Made by a program: the position numbers and the translations under genes. 64,000 nucleotides of DNA, from positions 310,001 to 374,000 of the forward strand of contig JBHGNT010000009.1 in the NCBI GenBank assembly GCA_043228905.1. Direction: 5' to 3'. Below are positions 27,501-40,849 of this stretch, in pieces (position 1 is the stretch's first letter; the number at the start of each line of letters is the position of its first letter). This stretch comes from Azolla caroliniana. Taxonomy: Eukaryota > Plantae > Polypodiophyta. The notes beneath the pieces were generated by a model that was given only the letters and a program-made list of their open reading frames with translations, was not told where the DNA came from and did no database searches.

Positions 27501-27864
27501 AAACTCATTGATAAAAGTATACTTTGACTTACCCTTGAACTTTTCTTTATTTATACGTTATCAAATTTATTTTACTTCAACCATTTTGTCATACATAGGA
27601 TTTCAATACACAACAACTGCATGTTGTGGACGAAGTGGAGGTCAATACAACTATGATTCTACTGTTACTTGTACTAATAGTAAAATCGAAGGAGGCCAAA
27701 TTGTCACAGGCTCAACATGTACCGATCCATCTACCCATGTTAGTTGGGATGGTATTCATTTTACCGAGAATGCCAATCGATATGTAGCCAACCAAATTTT
27801 CTCAGGAAATTTCTTTCAACCTTCATTTCCCATTAATCAAATGTGCCAAATTTTTCCATTTTAA
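24585..27864 (+). CDS. GDSL esterase/lipase; 5 exons (24585-24885, 25009-25224, 26623-26789, 27012-27282, 27599-27864)
   Basis: Blocks AIFNFGDSNSDTG, GRFSDGRL, GANFASAG, LYTIDMGQND, GARFF..NLGPMGC and SWDGIHFTE. Canonical GDSL intron positions; TATA at ~24535. Confidence 0.95.
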
Positions 27865-28399
27865 AAGTGGTAGTTTTGCTAATTGATTTGTTAGGTAGCT
27901 CTCCAACTAAATGAATATATTTATTTAAAATCAAATGAATGGTGTTGACTTCCGGTCAACATAAACATTTTTGCTCTCTATACATATCAAATTGATTTAG
28001 ATAAATAGGTTTAACATCTATTTATATCAATGTTAGCAATATTTTTAAGAAAATTCTTACAATTTAGTCTTTGTGTGTGCATTGGATTTATATTTTCTTA
28101 TTCATAATTGCATGTCATGATGGTGTAAATGTTTACCATTGTATTGGACATGTGAGATGCTTTGTGGAATGATGTATCAATTAGCTAGCAAGTGATAGGA
28201 GCATGTCTTAATTTAGGAAGTGATGTTTTTATTTACATAAGAATTTAGGAAGTGAAGTCTCATATAGTTATCAAATTATGGTTGATCAAGACGACTAATT
28301 GTGCACGACAATATCACATTTCACTTCCATTTTGGTAGGACCCAAGAAGACATTTCAACATAACATGCATGATCTTATGATATTTAGTGATTTTAATTG

Positions 28400-28466
28400 T
28401 ATAGAGCTCAATTGGTTAGGGAATATTGCTTGTTACATGGATGTCGTAGGTTGAAATCTTACATGA
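28400..28466 (+). other. Degenerate tRNA-derived (SINE-head-like) sequence
   Basis: A-box-like agagctcaattggttag and B-box-like ggttgaaatc; no intact cloverleaf. Confidence 0.35.
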
Positions 28467-31400
28467 AAAATTACTCATTTGGAAGGTCTACAAAGGGCAA
28501 ATTGGAACCAATCAAATTGGCAAAAAGTGATAAGGTTCTTGCTTGATCATTTAAAGAGGAGAAAAGGCTGCATTTATATTAGGAAAAACAAAAATGCAGA
28601 AAAGAGGGCCTAGAGGGATGGGATTAAAAAGGGTAATTATATTCTTGGGAGATAGCCAACCTTAGGGATCGATGCTATAGAAGGTCAAATTGTGTGTGAA
28701 GCATCTAAATGGGAACAAATGGCTAAATCTATCATTTGAAATGGTCAAACTCCTAGTTCAATGCTATAAAAGAGAGGAAAGGGATTCAAATTGATTTATT
28801 TTGGGTCATCGGGACAATTTTGATTAAGGAACCGTCTTTTGCTTTAACTTCATCTATAAGATTGTAATAATGAAGATTGTCTTCTTCTTCTTCCAATATC
28901 TTTTTTGGCTAAAAACATTGATTAGGGAGCATTCATGATAACTTCTAATAGTTACGAGAGCAATTAAGGATCATGAAGAGTGGAAGGCATACATGCCCCA
29001 TCGATTTGAAAACTCCAACAAATTTTATAATCATATAGATTTATATGTGATTTCTTTTTTTGTTTTCATGAGGCCATCATCGGCCAACATGGTTTCCAAC
29101 GAGTTTGCCATGTTGCACTTCAATGAACCAACTAACTTTGAAAAATCATATAACCTCAAATTCCAAATTATTGACTTCAAAATAAGTGTAGCAAACACTG
29201 TAGTCAGTGCCCACATTATTTCAACTAGCACTCTCTTGGAGGCTTGCATTTTAGATAAAGTCAAGTGTGATCATCAAAGTAGGTGTATAATTAAACCTAT
29301 ATTACTAAGTTACTAACAGTTTGTCTCTCTTTACCAAATGATCTTGTGTCCAAATTTCTAATTTGATGCTCCTACCATTTCTCAACAATCCCAAAAATTG
29401 AGCCTTGTTCTTTTGGTGACACACACAACCATACTTATGATAAGGTCATTGTGGAATGATCAATATAAGTAAAGTGCATGAACTTAGTAACCTACTCATA
29501 ATCTCTACTCCCAAATTAGCTCGATCAATAAAACATCCATGTGGTAATGATTGAATATCCAAACAAAGATATCAAGGTTACTTGGCGAGTAAAGAAATTT
29601 TAACATATGTCAAAGGTTAGTGTAAAGACAATCACCAAATTTGGTCAATAATGTACTTACCCAAGGTATATCATTAGTGTGCACCATAAATGTCAACTTT
29701 TCACTGCCAAATGACCAATATTTACTTGGTTCCTCGATCACCAACCCTTGAATTGAGCAATGTACGCTAGGAAATGCTTATATTGATTGCCATTTATATA
29801 CACATATATGTGGTATGTGAAACTGACTTCGGTCTATCGGAAAGGCCATCATTTTCCTACTTAACTCTAAGATAGCATTTTCCACAATTATCAAGCCAGG
29901 CCTTGCCATTTAATTGAATTGTGATTTGATAGTTTCTTTTCTATAAATAATTGCCTAGAGTAATTATGTTTGCCGGAATAGATTAGATGTGTGTTTGTGT
30001 GTGTGTGAGAAGCGACACAAGATAGATAGAAGATAAAAGACTCAAATGTATATTAACAAGGAGTAAGAAAATAAACTAGCAACAACCATTTTATAAAGGC
30101 AAGAGGAGGGTGCTTTACATATGTATATCAAGTCACCTTCTCTCTACATTCTCTCACTAAAACGCCCACTCTCTCTCTAGAAACTCGGGGAATATAGAAA
30201 CTCATTAGTTATGAACTTGTGACACATAGTTAATGTTAGAAAGTAGTGGTGACCTTTGACCTTTGAGTGTTCATACATTCTTAGAAAGGTGTGTTCACAC
30301 ACTAGACTTAGGTTGAGTTTGATTCTCAACACTTCCCCATCCTAATGGAATGTTCTTGAGGCACTAGATAAAGAGATTGATCATTAACCAAACTAGCCAA
30401 GGGAAAAATCAAAATAAAATGTGAGAAGAGATCCAATCCATCTTAGTGGAGTGCACACAGTCCTATGTTAGTTTGCCGATGCGTTTAGAAATGTTGAATG
30501 CAAAAATTGATAAAATTCCTTTACACCAAAACATATCATGACTATAACTAACTTCAATTGGGTTGGCAACTCTATTCACCACGAGAAACTAATGAGGTTG
30601 ATCCCTAACAAATAGGCATCTAGCAGCGACCCAAGACATCAGTAACATGTTGATGGTGGCCCCAAAGACTAACACACCTAATCCAAATTTAGTTGTCACT
30701 CTTTACCCTGTCCAAACATTGTTGAACGTATGGGACCACTAGATGCAACCCACTCCCTCTCTATATCACATGAATAAAATCAAGTCAAACCAAATAAGTA
30801 AGTTGTCCCTTGTTTGACTGGGATCAACAATGCATATGAGCATATTGAATGGTTTAAACAAATCACATAAACCTATGAGCCACTCTTAGCTAAGGCGAGA
30901 GTTGTTGTCTTTGGCTTCACCTTAGACATTGTCTAGAATTATGTAGCCTACATAAAGTAATAAAAATATACCAACTTGCATGAAGAGGGACAAAATGGAA
31001 CACCCATTCATAATCTCTTCCCCCTAACACAAGACACAAAAGAGATGGTTGGAAATTCATGAGGGTCAAGCATATTATAAAATTGTAGCGATCCAATAGA
31101 CTTATGTATCATTTATGTTCTCTCAACATGATCAAGGCACTTAAACAATTGGCGTTCACTAGGGAGCATGGCTTTGAATTATGCATCTCTTCAGATTATG
31201 GCCAATATGAGTGAAAAGTTTCTCATGGTGGTTAGTTTTCTGAGCCAATATTTTGTCACAAACCCCATTTATGTCGAGGCACACTAAGAACACGAAGATC
31301 AATTTCGTCTGAAGTTGATATATTTAAAAAAAACGCTAAGTTGGTTGTAAGAATAAATTTGAGGGGGGTAAAATGAAGGTAAATCCAGTTTCTACAATCG

Positions 31401-32613
31401 TTAGCCCTTTTGCATGGAGTGTGAAAGATAAAGATGATGAAGAATAAATATTAAACGAGTGTTTAGGGATATCCTTGAGTTTCAACATGGTGATTCTATG
31501 ATTGACATCCACATCATCTTGGTCATTGTAGGCTTATCACTCACCCTCGTGATCCACTACCCTGGGGTTTGATTTAATGTTGAACCTTGGGTGTTTGAAT
31601 TACCAAATCAACGAGTCCAACGATGAACTTTGTTGGCATGTTATAAAGCACTTGGGAGCTCCTTGTTAGATAAAAATAGCGCTGCCTCCTCTAGATTGCA
31701 CCATTGCCTTTTCTTTTAGCATGCAATCAACCTTATCTTCGCATGGGCGCCTAATGCCAATAAAATGTTAACTAACATGTTTATGTTTACCACTTCATTG
31801 GCATCACGTTATAACCGATCTTTTTCCCTAGATAGCCATATCACGATTCCAACCTTTGACCTTATTGTTCCAATGGTTTACTCTAAACATTTATTATTTT
31901 GTTGTTGTCTTAATCGTTATTTCCCCACATTTTTTTGGGGTCACTTTGACGAGAATATTGACCTATTGCAAAACTTGATACTTAGGTACTTTTCTCCCTT
32001 CACATGCCATCACAACAACTATATGGTAGGTATAATGAAGAAGCCCCAAAATTCAAGAGTTGCTTGACAAGACAACCCTCATCATGGGCGAGCACACAAA
32101 ATTGTTTCCTAGAAATCACTCACCACCCTCCCTAATGCATAACTCCAAAACATTGTCTCATTAAATTGCCCCATAGTTTAGACTAGTTGCACACCACAAC
32201 CAAGTGCATGCGTGTTAATGACATGAGTATGTGGCTATGGTCATTTGTTAATCATAATAGACAAATATATAAGTACATAACTAATATAGCAAACCATATA
32301 TACAAGTATAAATCAATGTTGGGACATAGGTGGTAAGCCTAGTGGATTATGCACATGCCCTACACAAGTCAAAGGGTTTAAAAATCACACTTTCATAAAT
32401 GCTTAGCCTTGGATCACATTCAACTATGATTTCCACACATTTTCAAGCTAATCAAATCTTTGCGCGAATTCCTCTCATGGTCATAGTGTTCACTCTCATT
32501 TGCATTCTGGGACACATCGAGGCCTGTGATTCACTTTCACATGTATTACATGAAAACTATTATATTTGTGGTCTCATAGGTCATATTTGGCATCGGAAGG
32601 CAGTGATAAAAGG

Positions 32614-32616
<3 letters not shown>

Positions 32617-32698
<82 letters not shown>
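32617..32698. repeat. (CT)n microsatellite
   Basis: Direct reading. Confidence 0.97.
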
Positions 32699-32701
<3 letters not shown>

Positions 32702-32829
32702 AATGTATGTTTATATTAAAACAACATGATAATACAAAAAAACCTTGCTATCAAAACTACGTCAAAGGTAGCGATGTGGCAAGGGCAACCTTGTAAGGTG
32801 TTGCAATACAAAGCGACACAAATGTAACT

Positions 32830-33083
32830 CACAACTGTGGGGGTCATTAACTGGAAATGTTTTGTCACCTTTTCAATGGGTTTTCATTGACGGTGATACA
32901 GTTTTACCATCCCCAGAGTATAAGTTTGTGTTTGATTATTTGCGGTACTTGGGCATGTGGTATATTTGGAACTTTCGGAATGGTTTCTTATTTGATGGGC
33001 TTTCTGGAGTATCTCAACAAATATGTAGGATAAGAGGAAAGTTGATTTGGCAGTTTTCACACTTATGTTGTATGGGAACTTTG

Positions 33084-33085
<2 letters not shown>
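32830..33085 (+). mobile_element. L1 LINE extreme 3' fragment
   Basis: Frame YLRYLGMWYIWNFRNGFLFDG fits the plant L1 WxIWxxRN motif; it sits between two CT tracts. Confidence 0.6.
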
Positions 33086-33118
<33 letters not shown>

Positions 33119-33368
33119 ATTAAAGCGATATAAATCTATCTATCCTCTCTTTTGTGAAATCATCTTTTGGGGGGTAATTTTGTGAAGTTTTTGATGGGCT
33201 CATCTTGGAAGGGTAATTTCAGGAATTATGAAAACCAACCAGGAGGGGTATTTTTAAGGCAAAAGAAGGCATAGGGAAAAGCCCCCCCCTCTTCCCTTCC
33301 CCTTCCCTTCCCTTCCTGTGTGTGTCTCTCTCTCTGTGTCTTGTCTCATTTCGTGAGCTCATCTCAGA

Positions 33369-36300
33369 ATGGCAGATCAGGATCAAGTAGAATTCGGAGA
33401 CGAAGAAGAGGAGGAGGATATCATCGATGATGAAGAGGAAGAGGATATAATCAATCACGAAGAAATGGGCCAGAAACCAGAAGAAATCGAAGTAACAGAG
33501 GATCAAGAAGACGACCAAGAAGACATAGACATAGAAGAAGAAGGTCTCGAGTTAGACATGGCTGAAGAAGATGATGAGGATGAACATGAAAACAGAGACA
33601 GAGGTATCAGGTATCAAAGAGAAACATTCGGACAGGAATGCGTTCAGAGGAATAACAAGAAAGAAGAAGAAGACAACGAAGAGGAAGATGAAGGTAAGAA
33701 AGAAAGCATTGATATGGATCATATCCATGAGAAAGCATTAGGTAGAACCGAGGAGAAAGTTTACCAACCTCAACAGGGCTATCGGAAAGAGGACGTGATT
33801 AGCAAACAAGAAGTCGTAAATACTCAAGATGAGGTGGATGCAGATGTGATAGATGAGAGTAATAAAGAAGAAGACCCGATGTCGCGTCCACCTCACGGTT
33901 CAGAAGTTTTCATTGGTGGCATAACCAAAGATGTGGTGGAAGATGATTTGAGAGAGCTCTGTGGAACTTGTGGCCACATTTATGAGGTTTCGTTTGTTCA
34001 TGTTTTTCTAGCTCTTGTTTTAAACAAATTGTCTTTTGAACATTGGAGCTTTTTAAAACTTTGTCGTATAAGGATCAAGAGAAATGTAAATTTCATGAGA
34101 TTTATACGTGTAAGGATCAAGAGAAATGTAAATTTCATAAGAGTAGATATAGATTTTGTGAAATGAGCTCATATTTCTCATTGCGTCTTTTGACTGCTTT
34201 TTAACATTGTCATAAGGAGAGGGAGAGTATATAAATCTTGCTAAGTATTTTGGAGTGGGTTTTTCGTCATCAAACTTTTTAAACATTGTCATACACAGAA
34301 TGAGAGTGTTTATGACATATGTAGGGTACATATAGGTTTTGCATTTTGTGGTGAGCTTTTTTGAGTTGGGTCCATAATTCACTTCTCTTAAAACTTATTA
34401 GCATTGTCTTATAAGAGTGAGGGCATATAGATTTCATAAGAATAAAGAATAATTGTGCAACTACTGGTGACATTTGTTGGGCTGGGCTTTGTTTAGGTTT
34501 TAGGGTTATATATATGCATATCGTGAGGATAGCAAGTACGTAGATTTGCATCTTCTGATGAAAATTTTGAAGTGAGTTCATCTTTAACTTCCTTTTTACA
34601 ATTGTTTGATATTGCTGTAAGAATAGAGAGTATATATATGTGTGTGTTGTAAGGATAGCAAGTATGTAGGCTTGCACTTTGTGATGAATTTTTTTAGATA
34701 TGGTCATTGTTCCATTTTAAATTTTATCTCTTTGAAATTGTTGTAAGTATTAAATGTTGCATACAAATTTTGGTGGTTTCAATTTTCTTTTTTTTCTTCT
34801 GAGCCATTTAATGTTGATATGGTGTACATAGATTTTGAATAATTTTTTTGAAGATGGGTTCATCTTTCTGTTGTTCATTTAAACTATCCAACATTTCCAT
34901 AAGATAGATAGATAGATAGTTAGTTAGAGAGAGAGAGTGTGTGTATATGTATTTCACAGTGTTTTCAAAGATGGGGTCATCTTTCCTTGCTCTTTAAACT
35001 GTATGTAATTAGCAAAGCAACAAAGAATATATATGTTTTGCGTAAAGTGTTTTTGGTGGTCCTGCTAGACTATTTAATATTTCTCATAAGGATCAAGAGT
35101 ATGTAGATTGAAGTGTTGTTATGGGTTGAAAAGATGGTTGCTATTTGAACATTGCTATTTGAAAACATTGATTCTTAAGAAGTTTCTTTCATGAGCAGCT
35201 GCGTTTGATGAAGGACAATGAAAAGGGAGACAACAAAGGGTTTGCTTTCATAACATTTACGAGTAAAGAAGATGCAGAAAAGGCCATCGAGACGTTGAAT
35301 GGACGAGAATTGAAAGTAAGTCATGATTAAATACTCAGTCTCTGTCTCTATGTGTTGAACCAGGCTCATTATTTATCTCTTCCTTCCAAACTTTTCTTTG
35401 AATCAAATAGGGTCGGAAACTACGTTTCTCTTCATCGCAAGCAAATAATAAGCTATTCATTGGCAATGTGCCGAAGAATTGGGATAAGGATGAACTTCAG
35501 AGAGTTTTACTCGAGAGAGGTGTTGGAATAACCAACTTAGAGCTGCTCATGGTATGTGGTATTACAAATTTCTTAATGCATTTTACTTATGGTAGAATTT
35601 TCTTAGTGAAACAATAATATCTAAGATGAAAGCCATTCTCTTTATGAGTGAAGAGACCGTATCCATTGATGGGTATAAAATGTGAAAGTTCAGTGATGGT
35701 GAAATCATTTACAATTACATTTTCTTGTGATTCTACCAATCTTTCTTTGAAAATGTCTTTTTGCATTGAACATTCCCATGTCTTCTACTATTCATGAACC
35801 ATCTTTATCGTAGATTTCCAAGAGCTGAACAGAGAGAACCTAGAATAGTTACACATCAGAACCAAGAGTATGATGTTCTGAATCATTAAATTGTCTGTCC
35901 ATCTCTATTTTTATTGTAATGCCATTCAATGATGTTCTAGCTCTTGGTGTGTCTAGCTATAAAAAAGTATCGTACTTTTTGAATGCACTACAAGACTATA
36001 TATGATCAAACAGCATTCATGATACATTGCTTTCTTATTTTGTGAAATAATTGATTGATGATGTCAGAAGGCACGTATCACACTCTTGGTCATGAATCCA
36101 CTTTGGCTGGGATATTGTTTGTACACCCAATAAGGTTTGTCAAATCACCCAGCAAGCTCTCTCTATTGATTCTTATCACTAGAAGGAAGAGTGCTATACA
36201 TCTTTGATCATTGTACTCCCCACTCTATGGGTAAGTCCAGATACTTCTGTAAAGAAACAATTATGTCCTCCTTAATCTCATAGTAGACTGGGAAATTACA

Positions 36301-38091
36301 TGCATAATGAATTCTTCTAAGATTCAATTTCTTGATTGCAAAGTTGCAGATGCTGTCTCTAAAGCTATGTGTATATTGTCCAATCCATATCCTCAGCTCA
36401 TGAGATGATGTCGGGGCATGCCATGTCATTGTGTTAAGGTCATATGACATGTGTTCCTATATACTTGGCGTTATTACTGAAATTGGCCATGGGCATATGA
36501 AAGAAGAGGAGGACTAATAATTGTCCAACTCTATTCTTAGTCGCACTTTTGGGTTGATCCTTCCTTGGCACGTACTTGCACAGATTTAGTGGAACATATG
36601 ATGAGCTTGTGTTTGTTGGGTCTCTTATATATCCCTATCGTGATCTCATAAGTTATGAGTGAGAGTATGATTAATAAGAGTAACTATCAGCAAATGAGTA
36701 TAATTGTTCTGTTTTATTATCTATAATCAAGGCTAAAACATGTTTGTCCTTGTTTTCAGGATCCTCAAAATAGTGAGCGAAACCGAGGATTTGCATTTGT
36801 TGAGTATTACAACCATAGTTGTGCTGAGAATGCGAGGCGGAAGCTCACTATGCCTGGGTTCAAATTCGGAACGAATACGCCTACCGTCAACTGGGCAGAT
36901 GCACGAGGAACTGGAGGCACTGTAGAGAGTACTGCAATGTCTCAGGTAAGGAAAAATATTTTCATAACACTGAAGTCATTTAAGTCCATTCAATCCTTGA
37001 TACCTGTTAATTACACTAATAGAAAAATTGTTGGTGGTCAGGTGAAGGTCATATACATACGCAATCTTCCGGAAGGCGCTACTCAAGAGCAAGTGATGAA
37101 GCTCTTTGAGCCTCATGGAGAGATAAGCAAAGTCGTTCTACCACCATCCCGTCCAGGCCAACCAAAGCGGGATTTCGGGTTTATACACTTTGTCGATAGG
37201 AGCGGTGCATTGAAAGCCATTGATAAGGCACATAAATATATACTAGGAGGTAAAACAATAAATCTGGAATCGGTAGGACATTTTGTTTAATTTTCTTTCT
37301 TAATGGACTTTTATTTATCATTTGTGGTAATTGTAGATGGGTGGGTAGGAAATCGTCGACTTCTAGGCAAACTCATGTTTTTTTGGGGGAAAAACTCTAA
37401 GATAATAATCTAACTTTTTTCCAGAATTACTAGGCTGCCCCTTGGTTTTCAAAACATTACCAGAGCACTCGAATGTTTTAAAATTTCCAAAATACACCTC
37501 GGTTTTAATTAAGTTAATTAGCACACAAGGCATCAGTAATATTTAATTCAGATTAATAAGTTATTGATATTAAGCTGTTTGTTATTAGTGTGCCACCTAA
37601 TGAGTGATTAAGATGCCTATTGATTAGTTAGGGATTGATAGTCTGGACTAGCAAATGGGCCTACTAATTGCCAATTAAAAGCAAATGTACTCTGTTAAAT
37701 GGTTCCTGATTGCAACCAAAATAATATTTGACTAATTATATTGTTGATTTAAGTAGTGATTGAAAAGCAAGGGGTAGTTTATCTATTTTTAAAAACCATG
37801 GGGCCATGCACGTTGGTGTAAATATGCAAAAATGTTTAATGGAATAAATATACTTCTTTTTTGTTAGATCGGGAGCTTGAAGTATGCCTGGCAAGACCTC
37901 ACAATGAAAAGAAACCGATGCCGATGTATACTCCCTTTGGAGCTGGTATTTTGCCACAAGTATATCAGTCGAGAATCGGTGGAGGTTATGGACATGCCGA
38001 TCTTGGTATGATGGATTCTTTAGGTTTTGGCCTAAATCGGGGATATGGACAGGTATGCATTGCTACTCAATATGAAGACACAACACAACAT

Positions 38092-38142
<51 letters not shown>

Positions 38143-38912
38143 AAGGCTTTCCAGAAGTGCTTATAACAAACACAATGTCAAAGCTGCGCTATGACAATTC
38201 CAAAGTGTGCTCTTAACAGAACATTAATTGATTGCAAACATAGTGCCGAAAGAAGAGTTGTAAAGTGTTCTTAACCCAAACATTAGCCATTAAGCCCCCT
38301 ATAAAAGAGTCAAAAAGTGCTTGTATCACTATATTAAGTCCCATATAAACGAATTGAAAAGTGCTCATAATGTCTATTTAAGAGTTCCAAAGTGCTTTTG
38401 CCTAATAAATGCTCAATATGTTGGTGACAATTCAGCCGGTTATTTATGGTCGGGGGCCTGCCCCTGCTGGAATGGCTATGGTTCCAATGGTTTTGCCGGA
38501 TGGGCGCATGGGATATGTCTTGTAAGTATCAGGATATCGATAATCTTGGATTTAAATGATTTGGTGGATTTCATTGCCATTGATAAGGCTAGCATATTTG
38601 TGCAATAAAATCTCAAAGCCATATTATGCAGTCTTTGGCTTTATGAGTTGAAGTTGGTCCGGACCACAACATCATCGAGCATAAGTTTGCCTCTACACCA
38701 TTAACAGTCACATGTTTCATGTGTAGAGGCACAATATGTTCACATTATTTATCAATATAAATCGTGGGTTTTGCCCTTGTAGGCAACAGTCGGGTATTCA
38801 AGGAATGCCAGCTCCATATAGAGATCATCGGAGTTCGGGTCGTGGTTCTCCATCTCAGAGACACAGCAGTGGAACCACTGGTAGTGGCTCACGTCGTTAT
38901 CGACCGTATTAA
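33369..38912 (+). CDS. hnRNP Q/R-like (LIF2-like) three-RRM RNA-binding protein; 8 exons (33369-33986, ~35199-35316, 35411-35551, 36760-36945, 37042-37249, 37868-38052, 38436-38521, 38783-38912)
   Basis: Acidic N-terminus followed by PPHGSEVFIGG, KGFAFITF, KLFIGNVPK, NRGFAFVEYYNH, VKVIYIRNLP, RDFGFIHF, QPVIYGRGP..AGMAMVPMVLPDGRMGYVLQQ and C-terminal RRYRPY*. Confidence 0.93.
37385..37812. mobile_element. Possible degenerate Mutator-like MITE in an intron
   Basis: Starts GGGGGAAAAA. Left 'cccttggttttcaaaa' is weakly complementary to right 'ttttaaaaaccatgggg'. No TSD found. Confidence 0.3.
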
Positions 38913-40849
38913 GTCCATGATACATGATGCGATCTTTGATGGAACCTATGTTGCTCTTGAAGCATCTGTTCTATGCTCTTTCACGAAGATACATTTTTTG
39001 AGCAAGAACAACATTTTTTCAGGTTAGAGACAAGATGGAGATATCAATCTACAATGGGAAACCGATTTGCGAACATTGTAATCATCTAAAAAGCACACTT
39101 GCTTTTACAACTGTAGTTAAGTATGAATAGCCATATATGGTGGATGGAACATACTAGTGGGAATATGTAATGGTATTTGCGTACTAAGGACACATTTCAT
39201 TTAAAAATCAACGGTATCCAGGACACCATGTTCAAGGCTTTTTTTAGTGGTGTTCCAAAGGTTTGCTTATTTGAATTGAGATGTTTAAACAATGTGATGG
39301 CCACTTTATCTTTCTTTCTTCATTAGATGGAATACAATTGGGTCTACAGAACATGGACAAAGAGAATCACGTGATTGATAAATATCAATTCATTGAACTT
39401 GAACTTGGCAAAGAAAGATATATAATGGCTGTTAAATTTTCTAGTTTATTATTTTGTTGATAATTTTCAATAATGTGAGTGAATAAACCCGAGTATTATA
39501 TATTCATAAATTTCACTAATGTGAGTAAATACATCGTAGCAGTAACTAGTATAAATTCATAATGGGAGTAAATAAACTCTAGTATAATTGCAGTAATGTG
39601 AGTAAAGTGACATTTGCCTAAGATATCCATTGGTGGTTGCACATACAAGAAAACAGTTGACCATGGTATTTATTTGAATAACTTGCAACTTCCATTCTCT
39701 CCCAAGAAATTCCCTTGGCAAATATTAATGTTTATTATTTCGTGAGTAGGCAATTTGGACCTTTGATTCTAGAAGAACCAATCCAATTTATTGGTAAACT
39801 GTAAAAGGCATAATGAATAAGAAATTCTAGAAATCAGAAGAAGTTAATTGGTGTCTTGTTGGCACAGCCCTCTTTTGTCCTTTAAGCAAAATTAACATAT
39901 TGTGTCTCAAGTAAATTAACCCTTGTGGTCCTATGAGCTAAATTAAAATGTTGTATATCAAGTAAATTAATCTTCGTGATTTTATGAGCGACATTAACAT
40001 ATTGTTTATCAAATTATGCATTGGAAGAAAACTTTCGGAATTGAATTGCATGATTGTTTTCAATCCAACATCCTGATTTCTAACTATCAATAGGCATGCA
40101 AATCTAGCTAGCATGTTCATGCTCATATCGAATGATGCAGCTATACTCTTCAATGTTCTGTTTTCCTTGAGATGATGAAGCCATAGATAGATTAATTCTA
40201 CCAATGATTCTTATGTTTCTGTAAATGGAAGTTTGTATATACCCCTAGAGAAACGTATATCTTGAATATGGAAATCCACAGAAACAACTTATTGTAGCAA
40301 ACCTCTTTTGACACAAGCTCTAGAGCATCGGTCGCATCATCACGTAGTATCCACTCTGATATTGCATTGGTAGGATGTTCCTATGATTTTGTGGCCAAGA
40401 TATGAGATAAAGCATTTAATTTATAAAGTTTCCCTCAAATGCAACCTATCGTATCTATTGTTGTCATTGGGGATCATCACAAATCACAGTGAGTCTTAAC
40501 ATAGTAAGATTCCAAACATTTGGATGAATCATGATCACATCATTACATATGGGGTGAAGACATGTATACTCGATCCAGAATACATGGAGAAGCATATATA
40601 CATGCGTGCATGCAGGCATGGATGCGTGGCAGGCATATAAGTAGGCAAGTGTCAATTGCTTTTCCATTCTAGAGTGACCGATTCTTCTTTATCTATTCTC
40701 AATCAACAAGAAAGACAAAGAATCTGAAGAAGAACAGCGAGGGAAGATAGGATCGATCGATCGATCGATCAAGAACGAAGTATCAGGATCAATTAAAGAG
40801 GGGTAAATCAACAGTAGTAATTATTTTAAAGATACAATAAATTTGTAAC

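Noticed and set aside
28993-32100. Short ORFs and a possible reverse Copia PPT/LTR near 30330
   Set aside because: No motif I can assign with confidence; probably decayed TE sequence.
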